Translations under genes and position numbers: made by a program
Source: an uncultured Chloroflexia bacterium
GTDB taxonomy: Bacteria > Chloroflexota > Chloroflexia > Thermomicrobiales > UBA6265
Assembly (NCBI GenBank): GCA_963724295.1
Contig: CAVRUC010000007.1
Coordinates: 640,001-704,000, forward strand
Direction: 5' to 3'
Length of the DNA: 64,000 nucleotides
In this document: piece by piece, positions 9,714 through 19,572 of the stretch
Layout: every line of letters begins with the position of its first letter
Position numbering within the stretch: position 1 is the stretch's first letter
The notes under the pieces: generated by a model
The model's database searches: none
The model's input: only the letters and a program-made list of their open reading frames with translations
What the model was told of the DNA's origin: nothing

Positions 9714-11672
9714 ATGATGGCGGTTCAAGGAGATCAAGCGGCGAGTTCGAAGCGGAGCCCCACTCCGTTGCTCGACTGCATCTCCTCCCCCGCGGATCTC
9801 AAGACCTTGCCCCTCTCTCAGCTCTCCGCACTCGCCGCCGAGATTCGCCAGGAGCTGATCGACATCGTCACCCGCAACGGCGGACACCTCGGCGCGTCGC
9901 TCGGCGCCATCGAGCTGGCCATTGCGTTGCACTGGGTCTTCGATTCCCCCCGAGATCGCATCGTCTGGGACGTCGGCCATCAAGCGTACGCGCACAAGCT
10001 CCTCACGGGGCGTCGCGATCGATTCGCGACGATCCGCCAGGAGGACGGCCTCTCGGGGTTCCTGTCCCGGGACGAGAGCGAGCACGACGCCTTCGGCGCG
10101 GGACACGCTTCGACGTCGATCTCGGCCGCACTGGGTATGGCCGTCGCGTTCTCTCAGAGCGCCGAACCCGACCGGCGTGTGGCGGCGGTGATCGGCGACG
10201 GCGCGCTCACGGGAGGCATGGCCTTCGAGGCGCTGAACAACGCGGGGATCCTCGATCTTCCCTTCCTGGTGATCCTCAACGACAACGAGATGTCGATCGC
10301 GCCAAATGTCGGCGCCATGTCCCGCTATCTCGATCGGGTGCGCACCGACCCTCGCTACCATCGGGCCAAGGATGAGCTCGCCCGCATCACCGAGCGGCTG
10401 CCCCAGGGCGAGCTGCTCGTCGAGCTCGGCAAACGCTGGAAGGACTCGCTCAAGGAGTTCATCTACCACGCGATGATCTGGGAGGAGCTGGGGTTCACCT
10501 ATCTGGGTCCGATCGACGGGCACGACTCGCGCGCGCTCGTCGAAGCGTTGCGGCAAGCCACCCTGGTGCCCGGACCCGTGTTCCTGCACGTCGTGACCGA
10601 AAAAGGACGAGGCTTCGCCGGAGCGGCGACCGATCGCGAACGCGGGCACGCCGTATCGGCTCCATCGTCGCCGGGAGCGCCGCCGTCACCGCCGAAATAT
10701 CAGGACGTCTTCGCCCAGACGGTCATCGAGCTCGCCAGGGACGATCCCCGGATCATGGCTATCACCGCGGCGATGCCGACCGGGACGTCGCTCGCCAAGT
10801 TCCAGGCGGTCTATCCGGATCGCTTCTTCGACGTGGGGATTGCCGAACAGCATGCGGTCACCTTCGCCGCGGGTCTCGCCGCGGAGGGGATGCGCCCCGT
10901 CGTCGGCATCTATTCGACATTTCTGCAGCGCGCCTACGATCAGATCATTCACGACGTCTGTCTGCAACGCCTGCCGGTAACCTTCGCCATCGACCGCGCG
11001 GGATTTGCTGGAGACGACGGCCGCACGCATCACGGCATTTTCGACCTGACCTATCTGCGCTGCTTACCCAACATGACCGTCATGGCGCCGAAGGATGAGA
11101 ACGAGCTCCGCCACATGTTGAAGACGGCGCTGGACGCGGTCGATGGCCCGGTTGCGATCCGCTACCCGCGCGGCGCCGGCGTCGGATCGTCACTCACCGA
11201 CGCAGTGCATACCCTCCCCATCGGACGCGCCGAGCTGATTCGCTCCGGCCCGGACGTCGCGATTCTGGCCCTGGGGGCCATGGTGCTCACCGCCGAGCGG
11301 GCCGCCGATCTCCTTGCCGCCGAAGGCATCTCCGCATCAGTGGTCAATGCCCGGTTCGTCAAACCGCTCGACGAGAAGCTCATCCTGGATCTTGCGGCTC
11401 GCTGTGGAGCGATCGTGACCGTCGAGGAGCATGTCAAAGCCGGCGGGTTCGGATCAGCGGTTCTCGAGTGCCTGACGAGTCGGGATGTCTCTGTCCCGAC
11501 GCGGGTTCTGGCGGTCCCGGACCGTGTCTTCGAGCAGGCGACCCAGGGTCGACTACGGGAGCTCGCCGGGCTGACGGCCGTCGACGTCGCTTCGGCGGCG
11601 CGTCAACTCGTCGAGGCCAAGCAGCGGACCGGGTCCAGCAAGGTTCTCGCCTCGCGCCTGCCTGTCGGGTAG
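9714..11672 (+). CDS. dxs: 1-deoxy-D-xylulose-5-phosphate synthase
   Basis: GGHLGASLG, WDVGHQAY, GDGALTGGMAFEALNN, DVGIAEQH, IRYPRG. Confidence 0.97.
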   Translation: MMAVQGDQAASSKRSPTPLLDCISSPADLKTLPLSQLSALAAEIRQELIDIVTRNGGHLGASLGAIELAIALHWVFDSPRDRIVWDVGHQAYAHKLLTGRRDRFATIRQEDGLSGFLSRDESEHDAFGAGHASTSISAALGMAVAFSQSAEPDRRVAAVIGDGALTGGMAFEALNNAGILDLPFLVILNDNEMSIAPNVGAMSRYLDRVRTDPRYHRAKDELARITERLPQGELLVELGKRWKDSLKEFIYHAMIWEELGFTYLGPIDGHDSRALVEALRQATLVPGPVFLHVVTEKGRGFAGAATDRERGHAVSAPSSPGAPPSPPKYQDVFAQTVIELARDDPRIMAITAAMPTGTSLAKFQAVYPDRFFDVGIAEQHAVTFAAGLAAEGMRPVVGIYSTFLQRAYDQIIHDVCLQRLPVTFAIDRAGFAGDDGRTHHGIFDLTYLRCLPNMTVMAPKDENELRHMLKTALDAVDGPVAIRYPRGAGVGSSLTDAVHTLPIGRAELIRSGPDVAILALGAMVLTAERAADLLAAEGISASVVNARFVKPLDEKLILDLAARCGAIVTVEEHVKAGGFGSAVLECLTSRDVSVPTRVLAVPDRVFEQATQGRLRELAGLTAVDVASAARQLVEAKQRTGSSKVLASRLPVG

Positions 11673-11739
11673 ACTCGCCGGCATTGGGAGCGTCTCCTGG
11701 TGTTTCGCCAGGTACGCAATCGAGTCCGGCGAGGCCATC

Positions 11740-12559
11740 GTGAACCCAACCGGCGGCGCTTCGTCGCTCTCGGCCACGGCCGGGACCGACGCCGTAACGA
11801 CTCCGCTTCCGCCCCGCGATGATTGGTCCGGTCTGGAAAATGCGTCCGGGCAACTGGGCGTGTCGCTTGACGCGGATGCCTTGAGGCGCTTCGCCCGCTA
11901 CCGGGATCTTCTCCTCGAACGAAGCGCGCAATTCAATCTGACGGCGATCCGCGAACCTGAAGAAATCGAACAGCGGCTCTTTCTGGATGCGATCGCCATG
12001 ATCCCGGAGCTCGACCGTCTCGCTGACGCTGGTGGTGATCGAGCCGGCCGCTCGCCGCGACTGATCGACGTAGGCGCCGGCGCCGGGTTCCCCGGACTGG
12101 CCATGAAGATCGTCCGTCCCGATCTCGACGTGACGCTTGTAGACGCCACGGCCAAGAAAGTTGCCTTCATCAACGAGGTCATCACCGCGCTCGAGCTGGA
12201 TCATGTCCGAGCCGTGCAGGGCCGCGCCGAAGATCTGGGACAGGATGGCGCCTACCGGGCGCGGTTCGACATCGCCACGGCACGCGCCGTCGCAACCCTA
12301 CCGGTCCTCCTGGAGTACGTCGTCCCGTTTCTCACCCTCGGCGGAACCGCGCTTCTCCCTAAAGGGTTAGAGATCGCAGAAGAGCTGCGGCGCGGCCGGC
12401 GCGCCGCCGCGGCACTTGGGGCCGAGATCGTCTCGACGGCGGCACTAGCGGTCGGTACGACGAGGTTGGTTGTGGTTCGCAAGATTGCGCCGACGGCTGT
12501 CGCCGTACCCACGCCGGGTGGGTATCCCCAGCCGCGAGCCGCTCGGCGAAAGGTCCTGA
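11740..12559 (+). CDS. rsmG: 16S rRNA m7G527 methyltransferase, one frameshift near 12500
   Basis: FNLTAI, DVGAGAGFPG, GRAE and ARAVA motifs; the canonical tail YPRRVGIPSREPL lies in another frame ending TGA 12557-12559. Confidence 0.9.
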
Positions 12560-12565
12560 CCGGCG

Positions 12566-13132
12566 ATGGCTGCACGGATCTTCTATCGCAAAGAGAAGCT
12601 CCGCGGCGCGTGCTGGGAATATCAGGTCGCGGGCGGCTGGATCGCGGTGCCGACCGACGAGGGTCCGCGGCGCCTGCTCCACCATCGATTCGCGTTTTAC
12701 CGAGCCCGTGAAGTCGAGGTGCGCACCCCGCATGGCACCGAGCGCCTCTCTCGCACCGGCGCCGAGCAGTGGTTCTTCCCCGATCGCTGGTTCTCGCTGC
12801 TGCGGTTCACCACAACCGACGATCGGACCGTCGGCTACTATGTGAACTTCTCCCGCCCGCTGATGGAGCTCCGCGAGAACTACTACCGCGATCTCGACCT
12901 GGAGCTCGACCTGTGGATCGAACCGGACGGCACGGCGACAGAGCTCGATCGTGACGAGTTCGTTGCTGAGCTCGAAGCCGAGCGCCTCACTCCGGAATGG
13001 GCGACGGCGGTCGACGAAGCCTGCGCCAACGTTGCCCGCGCGGTCGAGATGAGCCTGGCCCAGGTTGGTCCTGACATCGAGCAGGACCGTGATCCGGCAA
13101 CCGGCATACCCCGCTTCATTTTGCGCGCTTGA
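12566..13132 (+). CDS. DUF402 family protein
   Basis: YYVNFSRP and DLDLELDLWIEPDG...LDRDEF motifs. Confidence 0.82.
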   Translation: MAARIFYRKEKLRGACWEYQVAGGWIAVPTDEGPRRLLHHRFAFYRAREVEVRTPHGTERLSRTGAEQWFFPDRWFSLLRFTTTDDRTVGYYVNFSRPLMELRENYYRDLDLELDLWIEPDGTATELDRDEFVAELEAERLTPEWATAVDEACANVARAVEMSLAQVGPDIEQDRDPATGIPRFILRA

Positions 13133-13291
13133 GCGAAAAGTGCGCCCTGCCAACGCGATCATCGCGAACACTGAGTGCGTGCACGGAGTACTCGCCCTGC
13201 TAGCCGAGGCGCTCAAGTCAGTTAGGTATCATGCGGGCACGGCCGGAGCGGTCCGTTCGTGTCAACGCTCGCCAATGCGGGAGGCGTCGAG

Positions 13292-15571
13292 GTGTTGAAC
13301 GCCCGATTTGCAGCGCTTGTCACGATCCTGATCTTGATCTCCACCCTCGTCTCACCAGCGATGTTCGCCCAGGAGAGTGCAGAGCTACCGCCCGGCATCC
13401 GTAGCGTCGAGGTGGACGGCCAGCCACTCGACGCCGTCACGGTGCCGGTCACGAACAACCCAACGCCGGAAATCTCCGGCCGGGTCGATCTCGGCGTGAC
13501 GGCCGTCGAACTGGTTGTCGGTGATGACGGCGCCATCCGGGTTACGGCGGAGCTCGACGATCGCGGGCGTTTCCGTGCCGCCGTGCCACAGGCGCTGCCG
13601 GAAGGCCAGCATTCCCTCGCCATCAATGATCTTCCCGTCGGCTCGTTCGCGGTCGACAGCGCCGCTCAGGTCACGGACGAGACCGGTCAGGCCGCGGACG
13701 AGGCCAGGCAGGCTCGCGATCGGGAGCCGTTCCTCGACATTGCTCGGGTCGTGCCCTATCCCGTGGACTTTGGCGATGCCCTGCCCGGGATCGGCTTGCT
13801 TGATGGTCGTTTTTTTACACTCGAGGAAGAAGCCGCTCGCACCGCCGCGGCCGCGGATGAGACAACAGCGCAACAGGTGCGTGACACGCAACGGAGTCTT
13901 GGCGAAGCCGGTTGGCTGCAGCGCTACGAGAACCGGCTGGCGGCACCCAACACCGCTAACCCCGACACATTCGATCTTCAGATATCGTCGTTCGTGGTTG
14001 AGTATGCGTCTGGGGACCATGCCAGCGCGGCTTTTGCCACGTTAGCCGGCGCTGATCCCGGGGTTGAGTTCCCTCGTATCGGCGACGAGTCTACGCTCAC
14101 GCTGATGAGCGGCGTGACGCCGGACACCGAAGCGGAATACCAGGCCGCGCGCCTGGTCTTCCGGGTCGGCCCCATGCTCGCCATGATCGTCTATGCCGAT
14201 CTGTTGAATCAGCAGCCGGATCTCGCGCTCCTCGAAAGCGTTGCCCAGAGCGTCGCTGCCCGGGCGGCCGTCGTCGCCGATCGCGAGACCGTCTCGCTGG
14301 GCGCCATGGCATTGCGGCTCGACCCGTCGGACGCCACGGACCGTCTGGTGCGACGCGACATCTACGACGTTCGTGCCGGTGCCCTGACGGCGCTTTTTGC
14401 CGAAGACGAAGCGACTCGGGACGACCGGATCGAGACCTTCACCGGCACGACCGACGCCTTCTCCTCGATGACCGAGGGCACGTTCGCCGTCGACGGCGGA
14501 AATAGCGGCAACCGAGAGCCGGAACCTGCCACGCCCGCTGCACCAGCGCCAACATCGGTCATATCTATCGAAGGCGAGTCCGCAAACTCCACGAATTCGG
14601 TCATTATCGCGACCCCTCGGGCGATCGAGACCGAAAGTGACAACGAAGCAGACGAGCCCGATGCGGTGCAGGTCTCCGCAACGAGTGCCCTCTATGCATT
14701 CCCCGGAGAGGCCGAGGCTGATACGTGGCTCATGGCGAACCAGGAGCGATTAGCGGCCGGCGCCGCATCAGGCGAAGAAACCTTCGTTGAAGTGCCAGAT
14801 GCTCCCGAGTTTGGCGACGATTCCGTCACGTTCAAGACAGATACGGCGCCTGACGCCGATGAACGGACGGCTGAGGGATTCCGCATTCTTGCCCGCGTTG
14901 GCGCCATTGTCGCGGACTTCGACATCGCCAGCAGCGCCGACCTGCCGTTGAATGACGTGGCCAGGCTGATGGAGTTCCAGGTTGAGTGCATCGAAGCCGG
15001 GGGATGCACTGGACTCGCGTCTCTGTCGGGACGCCTCGTCGAGTTCGAGATCGTAGAGCCCCGGTCGCCAGTAACCACAGAGCCCACTGAGGTCCCAAGG
15101 GAGAGGCCAACTCGAGAGCGGACCGAAGAACCTGCCGCCCCAGTCGTGGAAGCGGAACCACCGCCGGTCGAGGAACCTGCTCCGCCACCGGTTGAGGAAC
15201 CAACGCCCGAGCCGGTTGAGGAACCGACGGTTGCGCCGGTTGAGGAACCGACGGTTGCGCCGGTTGAAGAGACGCCCCCAGCCGAGGAACCCGGCGAAGA
15301 GGCGACCCCGCCCGTGACCGAGGAGCCCACGCCGCCCCCGGCCGAAGAAGTGAGCCCAACGCCGGCTCCGGAGGTGGAGCCCACCCCGGTGACTGAGCCT
15401 ACGCCGTCGCCGGTCGAGGAGCCGACTCCGATTCCGGACGAGGAACCCACTCCTGTACCAGATGTGGTGCCCACGCCGGCGCCGGTCGTGGAACCTACAC
15501 CTGAGCCCGAAAACGATCGCGAAAACGACCGCAGGAACGCGAGAGACCGAATCCGTGACCGATTGGACTGA
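13292..15571 (+). CDS. Large exported protein: signal peptide, Ig-like domain, two similar extracellular domains, Pro/Glu-rich tail
   Basis: Hydrophobic N-terminus ending AMFA-QE; PTPEISG Ig-like segment; repeated 'GDE/DS...RVG' modules; (P)VEEPT repeats; start could be 13259-13295. Confidence 0.8.
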   Translation: MLNARFAALVTILILISTLVSPAMFAQESAELPPGIRSVEVDGQPLDAVTVPVTNNPTPEISGRVDLGVTAVELVVGDDGAIRVTAELDDRGRFRAAVPQALPEGQHSLAINDLPVGSFAVDSAAQVTDETGQAADEARQARDREPFLDIARVVPYPVDFGDALPGIGLLDGRFFTLEEEAARTAAAADETTAQQVRDTQRSLGEAGWLQRYENRLAAPNTANPDTFDLQISSFVVEYASGDHASAAFATLAGADPGVEFPRIGDESTLTLMSGVTPDTEAEYQAARLVFRVGPMLAMIVYADLLNQQPDLALLESVAQSVAARAAVVADRETVSLGAMALRLDPSDATDRLVRRDIYDVRAGALTALFAEDEATRDDRIETFTGTTDAFSSMTEGTFAVDGGNSGNREPEPATPAAPAPTSVISIEGESANSTNSVIIATPRAIETESDNEADEPDAVQVSATSALYAFPGEAEADTWLMANQERLAAGAASGEETFVEVPDAPEFGDDSVTFKTDTAPDADERTAEGFRILARVGAIVADFDIASSADLPLNDVARLMEFQVECIEAGGCTGLASLSGRLVEFEIVEPRSPVTTEPTEVPRERPTRERTEEPAAPVVEAEPPPVEEPAPPPVEEPTPEPVEEPTVAPVEEPTVAPVEETPPAEEPGEEATPPVTEEPTPPPAEEVSPTPAPEVEPTPVTEPTPSPVEEPTPIPDEEPTPVPDVVPTPAPVVEPTPEPENDRENDRRNARDRIRDRLD
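15130..15510 (+). repeat. Coding Pro/Glu/Thr repeats, including a perfect 24-bp tandem duplication
   Basis: GCCGGTTGAGGAACCGACGGTTGC twice plus a partial copy at ~15211-15268 (PVEEPTVA). Confidence 0.85.
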
Positions 15572-15601
15572 TCGTCAGACTCGACGTGCCGCCGGGCGGC
15601 T

Positions 15602-16159
15602 CTAGATGTCCTCGGGCCGAAGTCCCGGTGTCCGCCGTACGATGCCGATCGACCGGTCATATTGGAGGCGCCGCGCCGGGTCGCTCAGGCACTCCCGGGC
15701 CTCGATGATCTCTCGCATGCGAAGCGACGCCTGGGGATCGGACGAGGTGTCCGGGTGGTACTTCATGGCCAGGCGGCGAAACGCCGCTTCTATGACCTCA
15801 GGGTCCGCGGCGGGATCGACCTGGAGCGTCTGGTAATACGTCCGCTCGCCGCCGTCGCCAATCGTGGCAACGGCGGCGTTTCGCAGGCGAGCCAGGAGCT
15901 CCGGCTCGGTCAGCACCTGGTCGAGAAACGATTGCCGCATCTCCGCCGGGACCGCAAACCGTTGCGTGCAGGACCGGCACTCGAGCACCATCTGCTCGCG
16001 CACCGAGAAGGTCGGGATCGAGTAGAGCGTCACTTTTCGCTTCGAGTCGAAAACCGCGAACGGACCCGACGACTTGCACTTCTGGCAGGTCAGCAAGAGG
16101 AAGCCCTTCGGCTCAAGGAAATCCTTGGCGCTCAGGCCATAGAGAAGCGGCAAAACCAT
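15602..16159 (-). CDS. Zinc-ribbon plus C-terminal J-domain protein
   Basis: CQKC/CRSC; YYQTLQV...AFRRLAMKYHPD...LSDPARRLQYD. Confidence 0.88.
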   Translation of the reverse strand: MVLPLLYGLSAKDFLEPKGFLLLTCQKCKSSGPFAVFDSKRKVTLYSIPTFSVREQMVLECRSCTQRFAVPAEMRQSFLDQVLTEPELLARLRNAAVATIGDGGERTYYQTLQVDPAADPEVIEAAFRRLAMKYHPDTSSDPQASLRMREIIEARECLSDPARRLQYDRSIGIVRRTPGLRPEDI

Positions 16160-16296
16160 AGCTGAAGTCAGTTGGCTCCCGGAATGATCGTGAAGGTGCT
16201 GATTCTAGTCGCTGATGATACCCCGCAACCGCCACTTGATGGGTCGCGCGGCAATTTGGCCACCGTGCAATCGTGGTTCAGAAACTTGCCGGACCG

Positions 16297-16626
16297 TCAC
16301 TCATCGCGGCTTCGCCCGGCTTCGCGCTCTGCTCGGCGCGCCTCGCGCCGCTGCTGGCGCTCTCGCTCGGACTCCGCTCCTTCTGCCGCATGGCCCGCCG
16401 TGCCGGTGTCGCCAGCGGCTGGGCGAGGCGCGACGCGGAGAACACCCTCACCGCGAATGACTTCGACGGCAATCCCATGCCTCTCAGCCCGCCTGCCAAC
16501 CTTCGCTGTCCGGCGCGCGTAGTCGCGCTCGGTCGCGCAGGGAATCTCCGCCGTCTTGCCCTGGCGCAGGAGATCGAAGACAGCGCTCCAATTGACGTCG
16601 CCATCTTCCTTCGAAACGTCTGACAC
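16297..16626 (-). CDS. Hypothetical protein (109 aa)
   Basis: GGAGG RBS then GTG at 16626, just downstream of hemE; charged C-terminus. Confidence 0.6.
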   Translation of the reverse strand: MSDVSKEDGDVNWSAVFDLLRQGKTAEIPCATERDYARRTAKVGRRAERHGIAVEVIRGEGVLRVAPRPAAGDTGTAGHAAEGAESERERQQRREARRAEREAGRSRDE

Positions 16627-16652
16627 GGTCTGGTCCTCCAATCGCGACGCGC

Positions 16653-17723
16653 TCAGGTCTCTCCGTGAACGAGACCAACGATACGCGCCAACGTCTCCGG
16701 GTCGCTCTCGGGAAGGATGCCATGCCCGAGATTGAAGATGTGTCCCGCTCGCCCACCCACCCGTTCCAGCACGTCGCGGACGCCGGCCTCGACCGCCGGC
16801 CACGGCGCAAGCGCCAGCGCGGGATCGAGATTCCCCTGGATGGCAACGTGCGAGCCGAGACGCTCCCAGGCAACGTCCAGCGGCAATCGCCAGTCGACGC
16901 TGACGACAGCGCACCCGCTGCCGCCAATCGCTCCCAACAGCGACGTGGTCCCCGTGCTGAAGTGGATCGTCGGCGCCAGCGGCGCAACCTCGGCAAAGAT
17001 GCGTCGCGTGTATGGCAGCACCATTGTCGCGTGGCTGTTGGGATCGAGCAGGCCCAACCAAGAATCGAAGAGCTGCACCGCGTCGGCGCCGGCGGCAATC
17101 TGGGCTTTCAGGTAATCCACGGTGACCTCGGTCAACCGCTCCATCAGCCGGTGCCAGACCTCAGGTTGGCCATACATCAGCGCCTTGGCCCGCGGAAACT
17201 CCCGTGCCGGTCCGCCTTCGATCAAGTAGCACGCCAGCGTAAACGGCGCGCCGGCAAAACCGAGCAACGCCGCCCGATCGCCGAGCGCGGCCTTCGTCAG
17301 TCGCAGCGCCTCCATCACATACGGCGTTGCCTCTCGCGCCGGAACGAAGCTGAGGCGCTCGACGTCGGCGGCGGACCGAATCGGCGCGGCCACGATCGGG
17401 CCAACGCCGGGCCGAATTTCGAACGGCACGCCGATGCAGGCCAGCGGCAGCATGATGTCCGCGAAGAGCACCGCCGCATCGACGCCCAGGCGGTCGACTG
17501 GCATGAGCGTGGCGCGGGCGGCAAGTTCCGGCGTGGTGGCCACGGTCATGAAGTCGTGCCGCTCCCGGAGCGCGCGGTATTCGGGCAAGGAGCGGCCCGC
17601 CTGTCGCATGAACCAGACGGGTGTCACGTCTGCCGGTTTCATATGCGCCGCGGCGAGGAAGCGCTGGCGGCCCGTCATGGGGATGGTTCCCGGCGAGGCG
17701 CCGGCCGCGGTGGAAACGGTCAC
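16653..17723 (-). CDS. hemE: Uroporphyrinogen decarboxylase
   Basis: PVWFMRQAGRSLPEYR, FADIM, QLFDSW, QGNLDP, FNLGHGI. Confidence 0.97.
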   Translation of the reverse strand: MTVSTAAGASPGTIPMTGRQRFLAAAHMKPADVTPVWFMRQAGRSLPEYRALRERHDFMTVATTPELAARATLMPVDRLGVDAAVLFADIMLPLACIGVPFEIRPGVGPIVAAPIRSAADVERLSFVPAREATPYVMEALRLTKAALGDRAALLGFAGAPFTLACYLIEGGPAREFPRAKALMYGQPEVWHRLMERLTEVTVDYLKAQIAAGADAVQLFDSWLGLLDPNSHATMVLPYTRRIFAEVAPLAPTIHFSTGTTSLLGAIGGSGCAVVSVDWRLPLDVAWERLGSHVAIQGNLDPALALAPWPAVEAGVRDVLERVGGRAGHIFNLGHGILPESDPETLARIVGLVHGET

Positions 17724-17726
17724 GGC

Positions 17727-18473
17727 CTAGGCCAGTACGGCTTCGCGGCTCACCGCCAGAGCCTGGAGCATCCCCCTCGCCGTCGTGGCGACGCAGGTAA
17801 ATACCGGCACATCGATCTGGGTGTAGGCGCTCGACACGGACCCCCGCAGCTCCTGCACCAGGTCGAGGAAGTCGCCAGGGTGATCGCTCTCGAAGGCAAG
17901 CACGAACTCCGGATCGTCCAGGCCGAACGCGTAGGTCGTATTGATCTTGACGGAGGAGTACGTCGCGCCGATGGCGATGTGTTGATTCATGATCTGCTGG
18001 CGTTCCTCCGCCGGCAGCCCGTACCACTCCCGCATCTTGGTCAGCGGGTAGACGAACAGGTATTTGTGTGCGCCCGGGGCGAGCGCTAGCCGCGTGGCGC
18101 GGTCCTCACCGGGTCCGGCGTACTTTTCGACGTACGACGAGCTCTTCGTCATCGAGAGATAGGAATAAGGTGTGGAGAGATAGCCCCCGAGCGCGGTTCC
18201 CAGCAGCTCACCGGCCATCTGCTGGATGTCCTCGATCTCGTAGCTCACCTGCCAGATCATGAAGTCCGTATCGCCGCGCGTTCCCATCGTCGAGTAGCAG
18301 CGAACCAGATTTCGACCCTCCCAGGACTCGACGACCGCGGCCAGCTCGGCGATCTGGCGTTGTCGCTCCTCGCCTTCAAGTCGCCGCCACTCGGGCGCGA
18401 CCTTGAAAAAGGTGAATTTCACCAGTTGCCGCTGACCAGGTCGCGGCTGGAACCCCAGCTCGTCTCGGCTCAC
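17727..18473 (-). CDS. chdC: Chlorite dismutase-family protein, probable coproheme decarboxylase (ChdC/HemQ)
   Basis: YPLTK, WY.LP.EER...M..H and FGLDD motifs; embedded in the heme operon. Confidence 0.8.
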   Translation of the reverse strand: MSRDELGFQPRPGQRQLVKFTFFKVAPEWRRLEGEERQRQIAELAAVVESWEGRNLVRCYSTMGTRGDTDFMIWQVSYEIEDIQQMAGELLGTALGGYLSTPYSYLSMTKSSSYVEKYAGPGEDRATRLALAPGAHKYLFVYPLTKMREWYGLPAEERQQIMNQHIAIGATYSSVKINTTYAFGLDDPEFVLAFESDHPGDFLDLVQELRGSVSSAYTQIDVPVFTCVATTARGMLQALAVSREAVLA

Positions 18474-18513
18474 AGGCTCTCCTTCGCCACGACGGCGGAT
18501 TTGCTGTCCAGCG

Positions 18514-19572
18514 TCACGCTTCCCATTCGCTCAGCACGTCGACCGCACGGCGGGCTGACTGATCGCCCTCCCGCAACCATCCCGCGGCATCCTTGGCGTG
18601 ATAGGTGATGATCCGACCCGCGCCCGCTCGTTTGATCGACGTCAGCGTTTCCAGCGCCACTCGGCGCTCGTCGATCCAACCGAGTTGCGCCGCGGCCTTG
18701 ATCATGGCGTACTCACCGGAGACGTTGTAGGCCACGATCGGAGCGTCGAAGGCATCGCGTGCCATCCGGATGACGTCGAGATACGCCATCGCCGGCTTGA
18801 TGATCACGATATCGGCGCCCTCGTCGAGGTCGATGGCGATTTCGGTGAGCGCCTCGCGCGCATTGGCCGGGTCCATCTGGTGAGAGCGGCGGTCGCCGAA
18901 GGCCGGCATACTCGCCGCCGCCTCGCGGAAGGGGCCATAGAACGCGGAGGCGTACTTGGCCGCGTACGACATGATCGGCAGGTTGACATGCCCGGCCGCG
19001 TCCAGCGCGGCCCGGATGGCGACGACGCGGCCATCCATCATGTCCGACGGTGCCACAACATCGGCGCCCGCCTCCGCCTGGCTGACCGCGATTCTGACCA
19101 GCAGCTCGACCGTGCGGTCGTTATCAACCTCGCACCCGTCGAGGATGCCGCAGTGGCCGTGGTCGGTGTATTCGCAGGCGCAGACGTCGCCGATCACCAG
19201 CATCTCCGGCATCTCGCGCTTGATCGTCCGCGTGGCGCGCTGCACGACACCGTCAGGATCGAACGCTCCGCTGGCGTAGCGGTCCTTCTCTTCCGGGATT
19301 CCGAAGAGGAGCACCGCCTTGATGCCGGCCTCGGCTAGCTCGGCAATCTCCCGCGGCAGGACGTCGACCGACAGCTGGAACTGCCCTGGCATCGCACCGA
19401 TCTCACGACGGATGCCGGCGCCGTGGGTGATGAACAGCGGCTGGATGAAATCATCCGGCCCGATCGCGGTCTCGCGCACCAGATCGCGCACCGCCGCGCT
19501 TCCGCGCAGCCGGCGGGTCCGGCGAAAATCCGGGAGCGATGCGCTCTGAAGATCGTTCCGCTCCAGCCGCAT
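18514..19572 (-). CDS. hemB: Porphobilinogen synthase (Zn-binding type)
   Basis: DVCACEYTDHGHCG, SDMMDGR, FYGPFR, YNVSGEY. Confidence 0.97.
   Translation of the reverse strand: MRLERNDLQSASLPDFRRTRRLRGSAAVRDLVRETAIGPDDFIQPLFITHGAGIRREIGAMPGQFQLSVDVLPREIAELAEAGIKAVLLFGIPEEKDRYASGAFDPDGVVQRATRTIKREMPEMLVIGDVCACEYTDHGHCGILDGCEVDNDRTVELLVRIAVSQAEAGADVVAPSDMMDGRVVAIRAALDAAGHVNLPIMSYAAKYASAFYGPFREAAASMPAFGDRRSHQMDPANAREALTEIAIDLDEGADIVIIKPAMAYLDVIRMARDAFDAPIVAYNVSGEYAMIKAAAQLGWIDERRVALETLTSIKRAGAGRIITYHAKDAAGWLREGDQSARRAVDVLSEWEA

Noticed and set aside
12500..12711. C-terminal extension of RsmG overlapping DUF402
   Set aside because: Artefact of the frameshift; the canonical C-terminus ends at 12559
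16665..18089. Long antisense ORFs (also 35109..36404, 40611..41915 and similar)
   Set aside because: Shadow frames of real genes in high-GC DNA
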